From positions 17,079 through 81,078 of the forward strand of contig CBFIBM010000008.1 in assembly GCA_965660855.1 (NCBI GenBank): 64,000 nt of DNA, written 5' to 3'. Below the pieces are notes generated by a model. It was not told the DNA's origin and did not search any database. It saw only the letters and a program-made list of their open reading frames with translations. This stretch comes from an uncultured bacterium (GTDB taxonomy: Bacteria; Fidelibacterota; Marinisomatia; Marinisomatales; UBA1611). Of the stretch, positions 9,948-20,352 are shown one piece after another; positions within the stretch are counted from its first letter, which is position 1, and each line of letters opens with the position of its first letter. Made by a program: the position numbers and the translations under genes.

Positions 9948-11180
9948 ATGTCAAAAGTAATCAAAAACCACTTCTTCCATCTTCCCCTTGATTATTCAAA
10001 TCCAAAATCTGAAAAAATTCAAATTTTTATTAGAGAAATATCAAGAAAAGAGCATAATAAATTACCATATTTACTTTATCTTCAGGGAGGACCTGGCTAC
10101 GAATCCCCAAGGCCAATATCTAGTTTAAAATGGATCGATTATGCATCAAAATTTTATAATATTCTTCTACTAGATCAGAGAGGAACAGGTAAAAGTACAC
10201 AATTAAACATTCATGACTTTTCTCATGAAGAAAATAATGTTGCAGTCGAAAAGATAGCACTTTACAGAGCTGACAACATTGTCAGAGATGCTGAAGAAAT
10301 TAGAAAATCACTTATTGGAAATAAGAAATGGTCTATTTTGGGACAAAGTTTTGGTGGATTCTGCTGCGTTCATTACCTTTCTTACTATCAAGATAGCCTT
10401 GAAAAGGTATTCATTACGGGTGGTCTTCCTCCTTTAAGTGCTCATCCAGATGACATTTATAGAAAAACTTATAAGAGGGTATTTGAAAAAAATCTTTTAT
10501 TTTATAAAAACTTTCCAAAAGCTCAAAAAAATGCAATAAAAATAGCAAGGTATCTACAAAAGAAAGAAACCTTTTTACCAAATGGAGATAGCCTTACAGT
10601 AAAGCGTTTTCAACAGCTTGGCCTTCAATTAGGTTTCAGCGATGGTCCTTCTAAATTAAATTATCTTTTTGAAGATGCTTTTGTAAAAGATGAGCTATCA
10701 TATACATTTTTAAAAAATATTTTTTCAGAGCAATCTTTTGATACAAATCCTTTATTTACTATTTTACATGAAGCTTGTTATGCTCAAAAATTCAGTACAA
10801 ATTGGTCTGCTCAAAGAATAAGAAAAGAATTTCAACAATTTAACGATGGTCATGATAATTTTTATTTTACCGGAGAAATGCTTTTCCCATGGATGATGGA
10901 TGAATATAAAAATTTAAAACCGTTTAAAAATATTGCTTTGGGTTTAGCTGAAAAAAACGATTGGTCAATTTTATACGATAAAAAAATACTAAATAATAAT
11001 ATTGTCCCCGTCGCTGCAGCAGTTTACACTAATGATATGTATGTTGATAGAGATTATTCAATCAGAACCGCGTCCGAAATAAAAGGTCTAAAAATTTGGG
11101 AGACCAATAAATTAGAGCACAATGGCTTAAGAAGTGACGGAATGAAGGTTTTAAAAAAACTATTTAAATTATTGAATTGA
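9948..11180 (+). CDS. pip: Proline iminopeptidase (alpha/beta hydrolase, S33)
   Basis: LQGGPG, LDQRGTG, RADNIVRDAE, GQSFGG nucleophile elbow, DMYV, EHNGLR. Confidence 0.88.
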   Translation: MSKVIKNHFFHLPLDYSNPKSEKIQIFIREISRKEHNKLPYLLYLQGGPGYESPRPISSLKWIDYASKFYNILLLDQRGTGKSTQLNIHDFSHEENNVAVEKIALYRADNIVRDAEEIRKSLIGNKKWSILGQSFGGFCCVHYLSYYQDSLEKVFITGGLPPLSAHPDDIYRKTYKRVFEKNLLFYKNFPKAQKNAIKIARYLQKKETFLPNGDSLTVKRFQQLGLQLGFSDGPSKLNYLFEDAFVKDELSYTFLKNIFSEQSFDTNPLFTILHEACYAQKFSTNWSAQRIRKEFQQFNDGHDNFYFTGEMLFPWMMDEYKNLKPFKNIALGLAEKNDWSILYDKKILNNNIVPVAAAVYTNDMYVDRDYSIRTASEIKGLKIWETNKLEHNGLRSDGMKVLKKLFKLLN

Positions 11181-11185
11181 CCTAT

Positions 11186-12664
11186 TTAAAAAATTTTATT
11201 CTCAAATGTAAGTTTGAAATTTTTGGCTTCCTTTTTGATGATTTTTTTGTATTTATTAGGACCACTATAAAAGATATGATTTTTGGTTTCAACATTATTA
11301 TTTGTTAACAATTTTAATTCTTGTTTCCAATCTGGTAGACCGAATTTTGATTTCCCCCAAATATTATTTATCAAGGTAACATTAGTTTTAGTTTTAGATA
11401 AATCAGTGGACATAAACATTAACTTTTCTGAAACTTCATGAGCAGATTTATCAATAAAAAATATATTATAAGTGAATATATTAATTTTTTCCTCTCCTTC
11501 AATTTCATTTAAAAACTTTGTAAACCATTCAAAGTATGTCTCATTTTCTATAAGCCAATAAAGACTAATTTTTTTCAAGGTTAAATTGTTTGATTTTTTA
11601 TCGAAACGCAAAGCTATATCTTGAAGAATTGGGGCAATTTTTGATATTCCGTGTCCTACACCGATTAAGATAGCATGTTCTGTGTTAAGAATATTTCTAC
11701 TTGAAGAACCATAGGGTCCATCAATTTTAAGGTTAAAATGAATGAGTTTATTTTCTTTATATTTTTCGAGAATTAATGAAAACATACTTCTAGTCCAATT
11801 ATCTATTGACTTAATATGAAGTACTAATTCACCATCTTTATTTATACGAATTATGTTAAACGGGTGCCATTCTACAGAGGATATATTTTTACAATTAACA
11901 TAAATATAATCACCCGGAACAAATTCAAAACCTATTGATGGTTTTAAAATTATTTCTAATGTCTCAGATGGTAATAAAAAAGCTGATGTAATTTCAGTAC
12001 GAATATGATTCTTTTTCCTATTCAGAAGAATATTATAATAAGATATCATCTTAGGAATTAAAATTGATTGAAAGAATCCTATTTCCTGAACTTGAATTTC
12101 TTTATTTTTTTTGTTTTTATTTAAATTTTCTGAGGCAGAAAGTCCATTATTAGATGTAAGCCATTTTATTGGATTTACAGCAAACCCCTCCATAAAATCA
12201 GGAAAATCTTTAGCGATAATTAAAAATTCATTAAAATCAATTTTATCATTTTTATCTATATCTGCCTTAAAGAAAATTTCATCAACAAGTAAAGAAAGTT
12301 GAAAATCATCAAAATCAAGATTATTCTGAATAAAACTTTGAACTATCAAAATTTTCAATTCTTTCTTATCTATAAATCCACTATTATCCAAATCATGTAA
12401 ATTAAATGCAAATTTGATTTTGTCTTTTTTACTACCAAGAATAATTGTTTCAATTGTAGATAAAAATTCATGATGATCAATCCTTCCATTTTTATCCTTA
12501 TCAAATAGGTCAAATAGTCTATCTGACAAACTCCTATTTGATACTTCGAGTCCATCAAAAAACTCTTGCTTATCAATCAATTGATCTTCGCCAGAAAGTG
12601 ATCGAAACTTATTCTTTAATTGTACAAGAAAAGGACCAGTAAGTTTATTTGATGTATTTAACAA
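11186..12664 (-). CDS. NOX5-like protein: EF-hands plus FAD/NAD(P)H dehydrogenase domain, lacking the heme transmembrane domain
   Basis: EF loops DKDKNGRIDHHE, DLDNSGFIDKKE, DIDKNDKIDFNE; PGDYIYVN, EWHPF, IDGPYG, LIGVGHGI, YFEWF, GLPDW, FYSGP; no multi-TM segment. Confidence 0.85.
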   Translation of the reverse strand: MLNTSNKLTGPFLVQLKNKFRSLSGEDQLIDKQEFFDGLEVSNRSLSDRLFDLFDKDKNGRIDHHEFLSTIETIILGSKKDKIKFAFNLHDLDNSGFIDKKELKILIVQSFIQNNLDFDDFQLSLLVDEIFFKADIDKNDKIDFNEFLIIAKDFPDFMEGFAVNPIKWLTSNNGLSASENLNKNKKNKEIQVQEIGFFQSILIPKMISYYNILLNRKKNHIRTEITSAFLLPSETLEIILKPSIGFEFVPGDYIYVNCKNISSVEWHPFNIIRINKDGELVLHIKSIDNWTRSMFSLILEKYKENKLIHFNLKIDGPYGSSSRNILNTEHAILIGVGHGISKIAPILQDIALRFDKKSNNLTLKKISLYWLIENETYFEWFTKFLNEIEGEEKINIFTYNIFFIDKSAHEVSEKLMFMSTDLSKTKTNVTLINNIWGKSKFGLPDWKQELKLLTNNNVETKNHIFYSGPNKYKKIIKKEAKNFKLTFENKIF

Positions 12665-12754
12665 TTATTTTTTCAGTATTATGATTCTATATACTAGGTT
12701 AATTTATCTTATATACTTTAATCATTAATAGAACTTTTTAAAAACGATTTATAC

Positions 12755-13708
12755 ATGATATATAATACAATTCTAGAGACAATTGGAAATACACCAGTTA
12801 TTAAAATAAATAATATTTCAAAAGAAATTGAATGTGATATTTACGTTAAATGTGAATTTTTCAACCCTGCCGGTTCTATCAAAGATCGTATCGGTTACAG
12901 AATGGTTATTGATGCGCAAAAATCTGGGAGGATTAAACCTGGAGATACCCTTATAGAACCCACTTCTGGTAATACCGGACAAGGCATAGCCTTAGCATGT
13001 GCTGTTCTGGGATATAAATGTATCATAACTATGCCAGAAAAAATGAGTCAAGAGAAGCAAATAGCCCTTGAAGCATTAGGAGCAGAAATAATAAGAACTC
13101 CAACTGAAGCAGCATTTGATGACCCTGAAAGCCATATACAAGTCGCTCAAAAGCTTCAAAAAAAAATTAAAAATTCTCATATTCTTGATCAATATGCTAA
13201 CCCATCAAACCCTAAAGCGCATTACGAAGGGACTGCTGAAGAAATCATTGAAGACTTTGGAGAAAATTTAGATATGGTTGTAATGGGTGTTGGTACCGGT
13301 GGAACAATTACAGGTGTTGCAAAACGTTTAAAAGAATTTTACTCTGATATTAGAATTATAGGAGCAGACCCTGTTGGTTCTATTTTAGGAGGAGGAAAAA
13401 AGGTTTCATCTTATTTAGTTGAAGGTATTGGTTATGATTTTTTTCCAGATGTTTTAGACAATAACCTAATCGATCAGTACATTAAGACAGAGGATGAAGA
13501 AGCATTTAAAATGTCTAGAAGACTAATAAAAGAAGAGGGGTTACTCTGCGGTGGTTCTTGTGGGTCAGCAATGATAGCAGCTTTAAAAGCTGCAAAAGGC
13601 CTAACACAAAATCAAAAAGTCCTGGTTATTTTACCTGATAGTATCAGAAATTATATGACCAAATTTCCTAATGATAGTTGGATGATTGAAAATGGATTTG
13701 AAGTATAA
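12755..13708 (+). CDS. cbs: Cystathionine beta-synthase catalytic core (PLP fold II; cysteine synthase superfamily)
   Basis: [49 protein letters not shown]; no heme or CBS regulatory domains. Confidence 0.82.
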   Translation: MIYNTILETIGNTPVIKINNISKEIECDIYVKCEFFNPAGSIKDRIGYRMVIDAQKSGRIKPGDTLIEPTSGNTGQGIALACAVLGYKCIITMPEKMSQEKQIALEALGAEIIRTPTEAAFDDPESHIQVAQKLQKKIKNSHILDQYANPSNPKAHYEGTAEEIIEDFGENLDMVVMGVGTGGTITGVAKRLKEFYSDIRIIGADPVGSILGGGKKVSSYLVEGIGYDFFPDVLDNNLIDQYIKTEDEEAFKMSRRLIKEEGLLCGGSCGSAMIAALKAAKGLTQNQKVLVILPDSIRNYMTKFPNDSWMIENGFEV

Positions 13709-14213
13709 AATATTCTACTTTATATTAGTTCAATCTTTAGTTTGGGGAAACTCAAATGATAACAAAAGAGGTTTTATTGTAGACATTGGTGATCCTGCTC
13801 CTGATTTTTCTATGTTACTTACAACAGGAGAAACCTTAAAATTATCTGAATTCAAAGGTTCTACAGTTATACTACAGTTTACAGCTAGCTGGTGCTCTGT
13901 TTGTAGATTAGAGATGCCACACCTTGAAAAAGATATTTGGAAAAAGTATAAAGATAAAAATTTACTCTTAATTGGTATTGATAGAGATGAACCACTTGAA
14001 ACAGTAATTAACTTTAAAAAAGAAATGAAGACAACATATCCTATTGCATTAGACCCTGGAGGTAAAATATTTAGCTTATTTGCTGAGAGAAATTCTGGTG
14101 TTACACGAAATATTGTAATTAATCAGTCTGGAGAAATTGTCTTTCTCACTAGATTATTTGAAGAAAATGAGTACAAACAAATGTTAAAAGTTATTGAAAG
14201 TCTAGTTAATTAA
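13692..14213 (+). CDS. TlpA/ResA-family exported thiol-disulfide oxidoreductase
   Basis: [21 protein letters not shown]; signal-like leader; exact start uncertain (13686/13692/13698). Confidence 0.85.
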   Translation: MDLKYKIFYFILVQSLVWGNSNDNKRGFIVDIGDPAPDFSMLLTTGETLKLSEFKGSTVILQFTASWCSVCRLEMPHLEKDIWKKYKDKNLLLIGIDRDEPLETVINFKKEMKTTYPIALDPGGKIFSLFAERNSGVTRNIVINQSGEIVFLTRLFEENEYKQMLKVIESLVN

Positions 14214-14217
14214 TGTA

Positions 14218-14784
14218 CTACTCTGGTTTTGCTACACTTGAACCTGACTTCATTTTACTAATTGCTTGATCTAATGAATCAAATGCTTGCCTTGCTTTGA
14301 ATTCATTAAAAAGTGCCTCTTCTTTTTTCGCCTCAAACTTCGCACTCTCTTTGGCGATTTCCCTCGCTTTGTTTGCATCATAGGTAACCATAACAAAAAC
14401 TCTATCTTTGAAAACCTCAGTTTTTTCTATGTTACATCCTTTTAGTGTCGTATTTACTAGAGATTTTGAAACAGACTCTGTGAATTCTGTGGCGCTAGCA
14501 CTAGCTCCCATTCCAGAAGACTGCATGTGATCATTTAAAGCTGAAGTTATCGATGTTTCAACAGCTCTTGCAACTTCAACTCTTGCTCTCTCAGTTGCAA
14601 CCTGCTTTGATAAACTGAATTGAGGTCTAAGTGCATCGCCAACACCAACAAAACGATCCTCAAATTTTGGAGGATTCAAATACCATGAAGGAAGATCTTT
14701 GTTCGTTAGTGGTTTTTGATTAGAACCTGCGCATGCAAAGAAGATAAATGTTACAATTGTTGAGAAAAAAATATTTTTATACAT
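14218..14784 (-). CDS. LPP20-family lipoprotein
   Basis: Lipobox FFACAG, LPSWYLNPP, VGVG, A...AR.E.A pattern. Confidence 0.65.
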   Translation of the reverse strand: MYKNIFFSTIVTFIFFACAGSNQKPLTNKDLPSWYLNPPKFEDRFVGVGDALRPQFSLSKQVATERARVEVARAVETSITSALNDHMQSSGMGASASATEFTESVSKSLVNTTLKGCNIEKTEVFKDRVFVMVTYDANKAREIAKESAKFEAKKEEALFNEFKARQAFDSLDQAISKMKSGSSVAKPE

Positions 14785-15008
14785 AATGTCTTCCTAGAAA
14801 TTTTATAATTAAATATAACAACATAGAATTCAACTAAATAGGAATTATTTTATTTCAAATATTTTACGGTTACATTAAAGGTCTTTATATTTTTTGATCG
14901 ATTCGTTAAAATATTTTAACATTTCAGAACTATCTTCGATCTTTGACTCTAATACATCGTTTTGGAAAATAAGATTATTGATATTACAATCAATTGTGTA
15001 AAAATTAG

Positions 15009-16301
15009 CTAGACTACTTTTCCAATTAATTCATACTCATTAACTCGTTCAACTTTTACTTTAACAAAAGATCCTTTTTCCTGATATCCTTTAATATGTA
15101 CAATGTTGTCAATTTCAGGTGAATCAAATTCTGTTCTACCTATACTAACGTTTTCACTAGCCTCATCCACTAAAACATTAATTATTTTGCCTATAAAAGA
15201 TTCGTTTTTCTCAAGACTTATATCATGCTGTATATCGAGAATTTGATTTTTTCTATAATCTTTTAATTCTCTTGGGATATCATCACTTAAATTTTCAGCA
15301 GATGTTCCTTCCTCCTCTGAATATGTAAAAACACCCAATCTATCAAATTCTATTTCTCTAATAAAGTCTGATAAAGATTCAAAATCTTCTTCGGTTTCAC
15401 CAGGATAACCAACAATTAATGTAGTACGCAGTGCAATACCTGGAATCGCTTTACGCAACCGACTAATACGATTCCTTATTCCATCTTGACCCAAACCACG
15501 TTTCATTGATTTTAAAATATTATCTGAAGCATGTTGTATTGGCATATCTAAATAATTACATACTTTTTCAGATTCAGCTAAAGAATCTATTATTCTTTGT
15601 GAAAGATGGGCTGGGTGGGCATAATGAATTCTAATCCATTCTAATTCGTTAATGGTATTTAATTCTTTGATAAGATTATTTAAATATACTTTTCCAGGAA
15701 GGTCATATCCATATGAAGTAGTATCTTGTGCAATTACTAACAGTTCTTTGGTACCATTCATTACAAGCCTTTCGGCTTCTTCCATAATCGCAGGAATGGA
15801 TCTGCTCTTCTGTAATCCTCGCATTAATGGGATACTACAAAAAGAACAAGCATTATCACAACCCTCTGCAATTTTTATATAAGCATAATGGTTAGGTGTC
15901 ATGAGAGATCTAAAGAAAAGAGGATCATCTTTTGCATAATCTTTTCCAGTTAGAAAACTTACTATTTGCTTATGATCGTTACTTCCAAATATTCGATCTA
16001 CTTCAGGTATTTCATTTTTTAATTCATCTGGATATCGTTCTGAAAGGCAGCCCATTACTACCAATTCCTTTAAAGCTCCCTCTTTTTTCATTTGTGCAGC
16101 TTGAAGAATTGTATCTACCGATTCTTCTCTTGCTATATCTAAAAACCCACAAGTATTAACAATTATTGTTTCTGCTTCTTCAATATTATCAGTAATAGAA
16201 ATATTTGTTTTTTTTAATCCACCTAATAATATTTCAGAATCAACTAAATTTTTTGCACACCCTAAACTTATCAAGTTCAATTTCTTATTATTTTCAATCA
16301 T
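15009..16301 (-). CDS. rimO: Ribosomal protein S12 methylthiotransferase
   Basis: SLGCAKNLVDSE, NTCGF, GCLSERY, radical SAM CDNACSFC, C-terminal TRAM with DSPEID. Confidence 0.95.
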   Translation of the reverse strand: MIENNKKLNLISLGCAKNLVDSEILLGGLKKTNISITDNIEEAETIIVNTCGFLDIAREESVDTILQAAQMKKEGALKELVVMGCLSERYPDELKNEIPEVDRIFGSNDHKQIVSFLTGKDYAKDDPLFFRSLMTPNHYAYIKIAEGCDNACSFCSIPLMRGLQKSRSIPAIMEEAERLVMNGTKELLVIAQDTTSYGYDLPGKVYLNNLIKELNTINELEWIRIHYAHPAHLSQRIIDSLAESEKVCNYLDMPIQHASDNILKSMKRGLGQDGIRNRISRLRKAIPGIALRTTLIVGYPGETEEDFESLSDFIREIEFDRLGVFTYSEEEGTSAENLSDDIPRELKDYRKNQILDIQHDISLEKNESFIGKIINVLVDEASENVSIGRTEFDSPEIDNIVHIKGYQEKGSFVKVKVERVNEYELIGKVV

Positions 16302-17197
16302 GAATCCTCTTCATTTAAAACTCCTAAAAGACTATCAATATAGATAGTTGGATCAAAAGCTTCTAAATCGTTCAGTGTTTCTCCTGTACCAATATATTTT
16401 ATAGGAATACCAGTCTCTATGAAAAGAGGAAACAAAATTCCTCCCTTTGCAGTACCATCTAATTTTGTAAGAACCGCACCATCAATCTTACAATATTTAT
16501 TAAACTCTTTTGCTTGTACCAATGAATTTTGTCCTAAACCAGCATCTAAACTTATCAAAGTATTTACATTAAATTCAGTAAAACGTTTTTCAATTAATGT
16601 ATACATTTTTTTTAACTCTAGCATAAGATTATCGCTTGTATGAAGCCTTCCTGCCGTATCCACTATCACAATATCAAAATTATTTGAAGAAGCTGACTGA
16701 AGTCCATCAAATAAAACAGAACTAGGTTCAGAAGTGTTATTATTATAAATAATTTTACAATTAATTCTTTCACTCCATACTTTTAATTGTTCTACAGCAG
16801 CAGCACGATATGTATCACAAGCAATTAACAGTACTTTTTTTCCTGATTCTTTATATTTGTAAGCAATTTTTGCCGCTGATGTTGTTTTTCCTGCACCATT
16901 TATTCCAATGAGCATAATTATTTTAGGTATGCTACCTTCTACAACTTGTTGCTTCATTTGGAGGATGGTATAAAGATAATTTTTGACATCTAGTATTATA
17001 TCATTGGAGTTATTTTTTTTAATAACATTTATTACATTTTCTACTGTATCAAATCCCATATCTGTTTCTAATAGTTGCTCTTCAAGGTCTTCTAAAACAT
17101 CTTCATTGATACCTTTATTTAATAAGTTGTAAAATGTATAATTAAACTTATTTCGAGTTTTATTTAAAGCATTAAATAGTTTATTTAGCATGAGCAT
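16298..17197 (-). CDS. ftsY: Signal recognition particle receptor
   Basis: GINGAGKTT, DTYRAAAVEQL, DTAGR, TKLDGTAKGG; start may be 17191. Confidence 0.95.
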   Translation of the reverse strand: MLMLNKLFNALNKTRNKFNYTFYNLLNKGINEDVLEDLEEQLLETDMGFDTVENVINVIKKNNSNDIILDVKNYLYTILQMKQQVVEGSIPKIIMLIGINGAGKTTSAAKIAYKYKESGKKVLLIACDTYRAAAVEQLKVWSERINCKIIYNNNTSEPSSVLFDGLQSASSNNFDIVIVDTAGRLHTSDNLMLELKKMYTLIEKRFTEFNVNTLISLDAGLGQNSLVQAKEFNKYCKIDGAVLTKLDGTAKGGILFPLFIETGIPIKYIGTGETLNDLEAFDPTIYIDSLLGVLNEEDS

Positions 17198-17774
17198 CTC
17201 TTATAGAATTAATAAATTCTTTTAAGTATAAATAAAAACTAACTGTTAGTAAAATAAATGCAACATAAATAGAGGTCATTTTCAACCAAGGTAAAGCTGT
17301 AAACTCGAAAATATGAAGAAAGATTCCTAATGCAGTAATGTTAACGGACCATTTTCCCCACCAATTTGAATGAAGAATCATGTATTCATAATTCATACAA
17401 TATATAGCAAAGCCTGCGATAATTACATGCCTGCCTAAATAATAATAAAAAAACCATAATGGAAATTTATTTATTCCAACTAAATAAACTAATACTGAAA
17501 TAATAACTATAAAATCAGCAGCAGGATCAATCCACTTCCCAAAATGTGTCACTGCTTTTGCTTTTCTTGCGAAATAGCCATCTAAAGCATCTGAAAGTGC
17601 CGCCAAAAGAATGAGAATACCAGTTATCCAATTCCACTCTGGATTAGCCATGCTGTAAATGATTGGAATAGCTGAAAGAGCTCTAAGAATACTGATAAAA
17701 TTAGCCAGAGTAATAATCCTACTGGGATCCGTAATTTTATTGGTATTCTGATTATTTTTGATAATTGAATCCAA
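17181..17774 (-). CDS. CDP-alcohol phosphatidyltransferase (PgsA-like)
   Basis: SDALDGYFAR...FGKWIDPAAD signature; multiple TM helices. Confidence 0.88.
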   Translation of the reverse strand: MDSIIKNNQNTNKITDPSRIITLANFISILRALSAIPIIYSMANPEWNWITGILILLAALSDALDGYFARKAKAVTHFGKWIDPAADFIVIISVLVYLVGINKFPLWFFYYYLGRHVIIAGFAIYCMNYEYMILHSNWWGKWSVNITALGIFLHIFEFTALPWLKMTSIYVAFILLTVSFYLYLKEFINSIRDAHAK

Positions 17775-17777
17775 GAT

Positions 17778-19073
17778 TTAACTCTGAATGGCTAATGTAT
17801 CAAAATCTATAACTTTATCACAAAGTGATCCAGAAAACTTTTTATCATGGGATACAATTATAAAATGTTTATTTATCATAGATTCCTTTAGATAGGATCT
17901 TAGTAAGACTCTTTGATTCCATCCTAACCCAAAACTTGGCTCATCTAATATCAATACTTGAAATGAACAATGAGTTAGAATTACTATTAATGTTATGCGT
18001 AAAGTAACCCATGACATTTGTAGACTATTAAAAAATTTTATATCATGCCATTTTATATTGAAGATCAAAAGTTTCTTTTTAATGGAATTAATTTGATTTG
18101 GTTTAAGTAACTTTAAATTTTCTAACTTTTTTAGAAAGTTACCAAGTTTAGTTAATAATAATAAATTTTCTGGAAATTGATCAAGATATCCCACTTTTAA
18201 ATTTGAATTTTCACCTATTAAGAAATGTAAACTACCTTTTGAGGGTTTTAAATCACCAAAGCATAATCCAGCTAAGGTGGTTTTACCTGAGCCATTATTT
18301 CCTAAAAGACCTAAACATCTTGTATTTATAATATTTATAGAAAAGTCGTTAAATATTACTTTTCCATTTCTATAATTAAATTTTAGGCTATCAATTTTAA
18401 GTGTTAAGTATCCTTTGGGATTTAAAAGTGCATTATGGTTCTTAGCTTTATATTTTCTGACATTTTTCAAAGATTTTGTACTTAAAATCCATTTACTTTC
18501 ACATTTAAATTTTAAATCTTCATAATCTGATGTACACCAAATAATTATTCCATTATTTTTTATAGTCCATTCTTTTAATAAAGTTATGGATCGTATTTTA
18601 TTCTCCTCAGATAAAAAAGATAGACCATCATCAATCATTAATATTTTTTTTTCTAATTGAGTTGCCGTAATAATATTAAGTAATTCTTTTTCTCCACCTG
18701 ATAAAAAACCAGGATTCATTTGTTTATCTATGGGCCCTGAAAAATTATTTAAACCTTTATAAACAAATTCATCAATCTCTTGATGAGTTTTCTGCAGGCA
18801 TTCGCCATTAAAGGCTAATTCACTTTGTACAGTCCTGCATACCAATTGAGTATCAGGGTTTTGATTAATAATAAATATATCTTCAAAATTTAATTGACTT
18901 TCTATATTAAAATTACTTCTATGACTAGATGTTTTTTCAAAAAAAGATTTTAAAAAGTAGCTTTTCCCAACTCCACTTTCACCGTATACAATATGTAGAC
19001 CTGGAGAAAAAATCATTTTTTTCTTATCATGTAAATACTTATCAAAAGTAATTGAAAATTTTAAATCATTCAT
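17778..19073 (-). CDS. Double-domain ABC ATPase (ECF-type-like), degenerate
   Basis: Two Walker A motifs GESGVGKS and GNNGSGKT; QNPDTQL..TVQSELAF; LSGGE; LILDEP; VSHD. Confidence 0.7.
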   Translation of the reverse strand: MNDLKFSITFDKYLHDKKKMIFSPGLHIVYGESGVGKSYFLKSFFEKTSSHRSNFNIESQLNFEDIFIINQNPDTQLVCRTVQSELAFNGECLQKTHQEIDEFVYKGLNNFSGPIDKQMNPGFLSGGEKELLNIITATQLEKKILMIDDGLSFLSEENKIRSITLLKEWTIKNNGIIIWCTSDYEDLKFKCESKWILSTKSLKNVRKYKAKNHNALLNPKGYLTLKIDSLKFNYRNGKVIFNDFSINIINTRCLGLLGNNGSGKTTLAGLCFGDLKPSKGSLHFLIGENSNLKVGYLDQFPENLLLLTKLGNFLKKLENLKLLKPNQINSIKKKLLIFNIKWHDIKFFNSLQMSWVTLRITLIVILTHCSFQVLILDEPSFGLGWNQRVLLRSYLKESMINKHFIIVSHDKKFSGSLCDKVIDFDTLAIQS

Positions 19074-20349
19074 TAGTTAAATCTTTAATTATTCTATTTG
19101 TTGCACCTAAATTTGCTTCAATAGTTCTTTTTGAAGTTTTACTTTTCTGATATAATTTTTCTTTATCTTCAATTAGTTCCTCTAAAAAAAAAGAAAATTC
19201 AATAGAGTTGTTTATTGAGACCGCACCTCCATTTTTTAATAATTCTTCTGCCTCTGGAGAGTTATTATACTTAGGACCTATTATAATTGGTAAACTAGCT
19301 ATGGATGGTTCCATAATATTATGTATCCCTGTAGAAAACCCTCCTCCAACATAGGCTATTTTTGCTATCCAATAGAGTTTTGCAAGTAAACCTACTGATG
19401 ATATAAGATAAGTTTTATTTTCTGGAAAGCTCAGATTTCCATCTGATATAATTTTAACATCTTTATTACTTCTGTTAAACATCAGTTTTATTTTATTATT
19501 TTTTTTCTTAATTGGATCATGTGGGACATATATGATTTTCCAATTTGGAAATTTATTATGGGTTTTTATTAATCCAGGAATAACAATTTCATCGTCTTTG
19601 TCATGAGTACTTGCAATTATTATTATATTTTCTCTTTTAAGAATTTTCAATTTTTGAACATCCTCACTTGTATTCTGAAACTCATCATATACATAGTCAA
19701 CTCTTGGATTTCCAGAAACCAAAACTTTTGTGTTATGCCCATTTAACCCTAAAATAATTTCAAGGTTTTTTTTATCTCTTTCAGTTACAACATGTATAAA
19801 GTCTAGATTTTTGTATATAGTTTTATAAAAAGACTTGATTATTTGGTTAAGCTTATTTGAATTATCATCAATAACTAATGAAGTAAGAGTGGTTTCAATA
19901 TTTCTAAATTTTGCTAAAAATAAAAAATTAAACCATATGTCGTAAGATGAAAAAACAATTTTTTTTGGTTTTATAATATTTAGAGTTTTACCAATTATCC
20001 ATATAAAATCAAAAGGAAGATAGAACTTTAAATCAAATAAATTATCTCTTGCGTTATTATAACCTGATGAAGATGTAAAGCTAACAACTATTTTGATACG
20101 TGAATTAATCTCTCTTAACGACTTAAGAACAGAGGTAATTTGAAAATATTCACCTAAACTGGATACATGAAACCAATATATATCATTTCCTCTATTAAAC
20201 AAATTTGAATTAGTTCTTATTACTGATAGTGATTTAAACTTTCCTAAAATACTTTCTCTTACTTTTAAACTAAATAGAGAAAAAATCATTGCTGTAAGAA
20301 ATAGAAATGGATAAAAAATATTATATAAGAACAACCAAAAATAAAACAT
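19066..20349 (-). CDS. waaA: 3-deoxy-D-manno-octulosonic acid (Kdo) transferase
   Basis: WFHVSSLGE, YLPFD, ASTH, AYVGGGF, HNIMEP, GP. Confidence 0.88.
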   Translation of the reverse strand: MFYFWLFLYNIFYPFLFLTAMIFSLFSLKVRESILGKFKSLSVIRTNSNLFNRGNDIYWFHVSSLGEYFQITSVLKSLREINSRIKIVVSFTSSSGYNNARDNLFDLKFYLPFDFIWIIGKTLNIIKPKKIVFSSYDIWFNFLFLAKFRNIETTLTSLVIDDNSNKLNQIIKSFYKTIYKNLDFIHVVTERDKKNLEIILGLNGHNTKVLVSGNPRVDYVYDEFQNTSEDVQKLKILKRENIIIIASTHDKDDEIVIPGLIKTHNKFPNWKIIYVPHDPIKKKNNKIKLMFNRSNKDVKIISDGNLSFPENKTYLISSVGLLAKLYWIAKIAYVGGGFSTGIHNIMEPSIASLPIIIGPKYNNSPEAEELLKNGGAVSINNSIEFSFFLEELIEDKEKLYQKSKTSKRTIEANLGATNRIIKDLTNE

Positions 20350-20352
20350 ATG

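Noticed and set aside
14984..15001. TTACA-N8-TGTAA inverted repeat next to the rimO stop
   Set aside because: Five-base AT-rich arms are expected by chance here
17181..17774. PgsA-like gene as the missing PGA component PgsA/CapA
   Set aside because: Name collision only: it has the CDP-alcohol phosphatidyltransferase signature, not the CapA metallophosphatase fold
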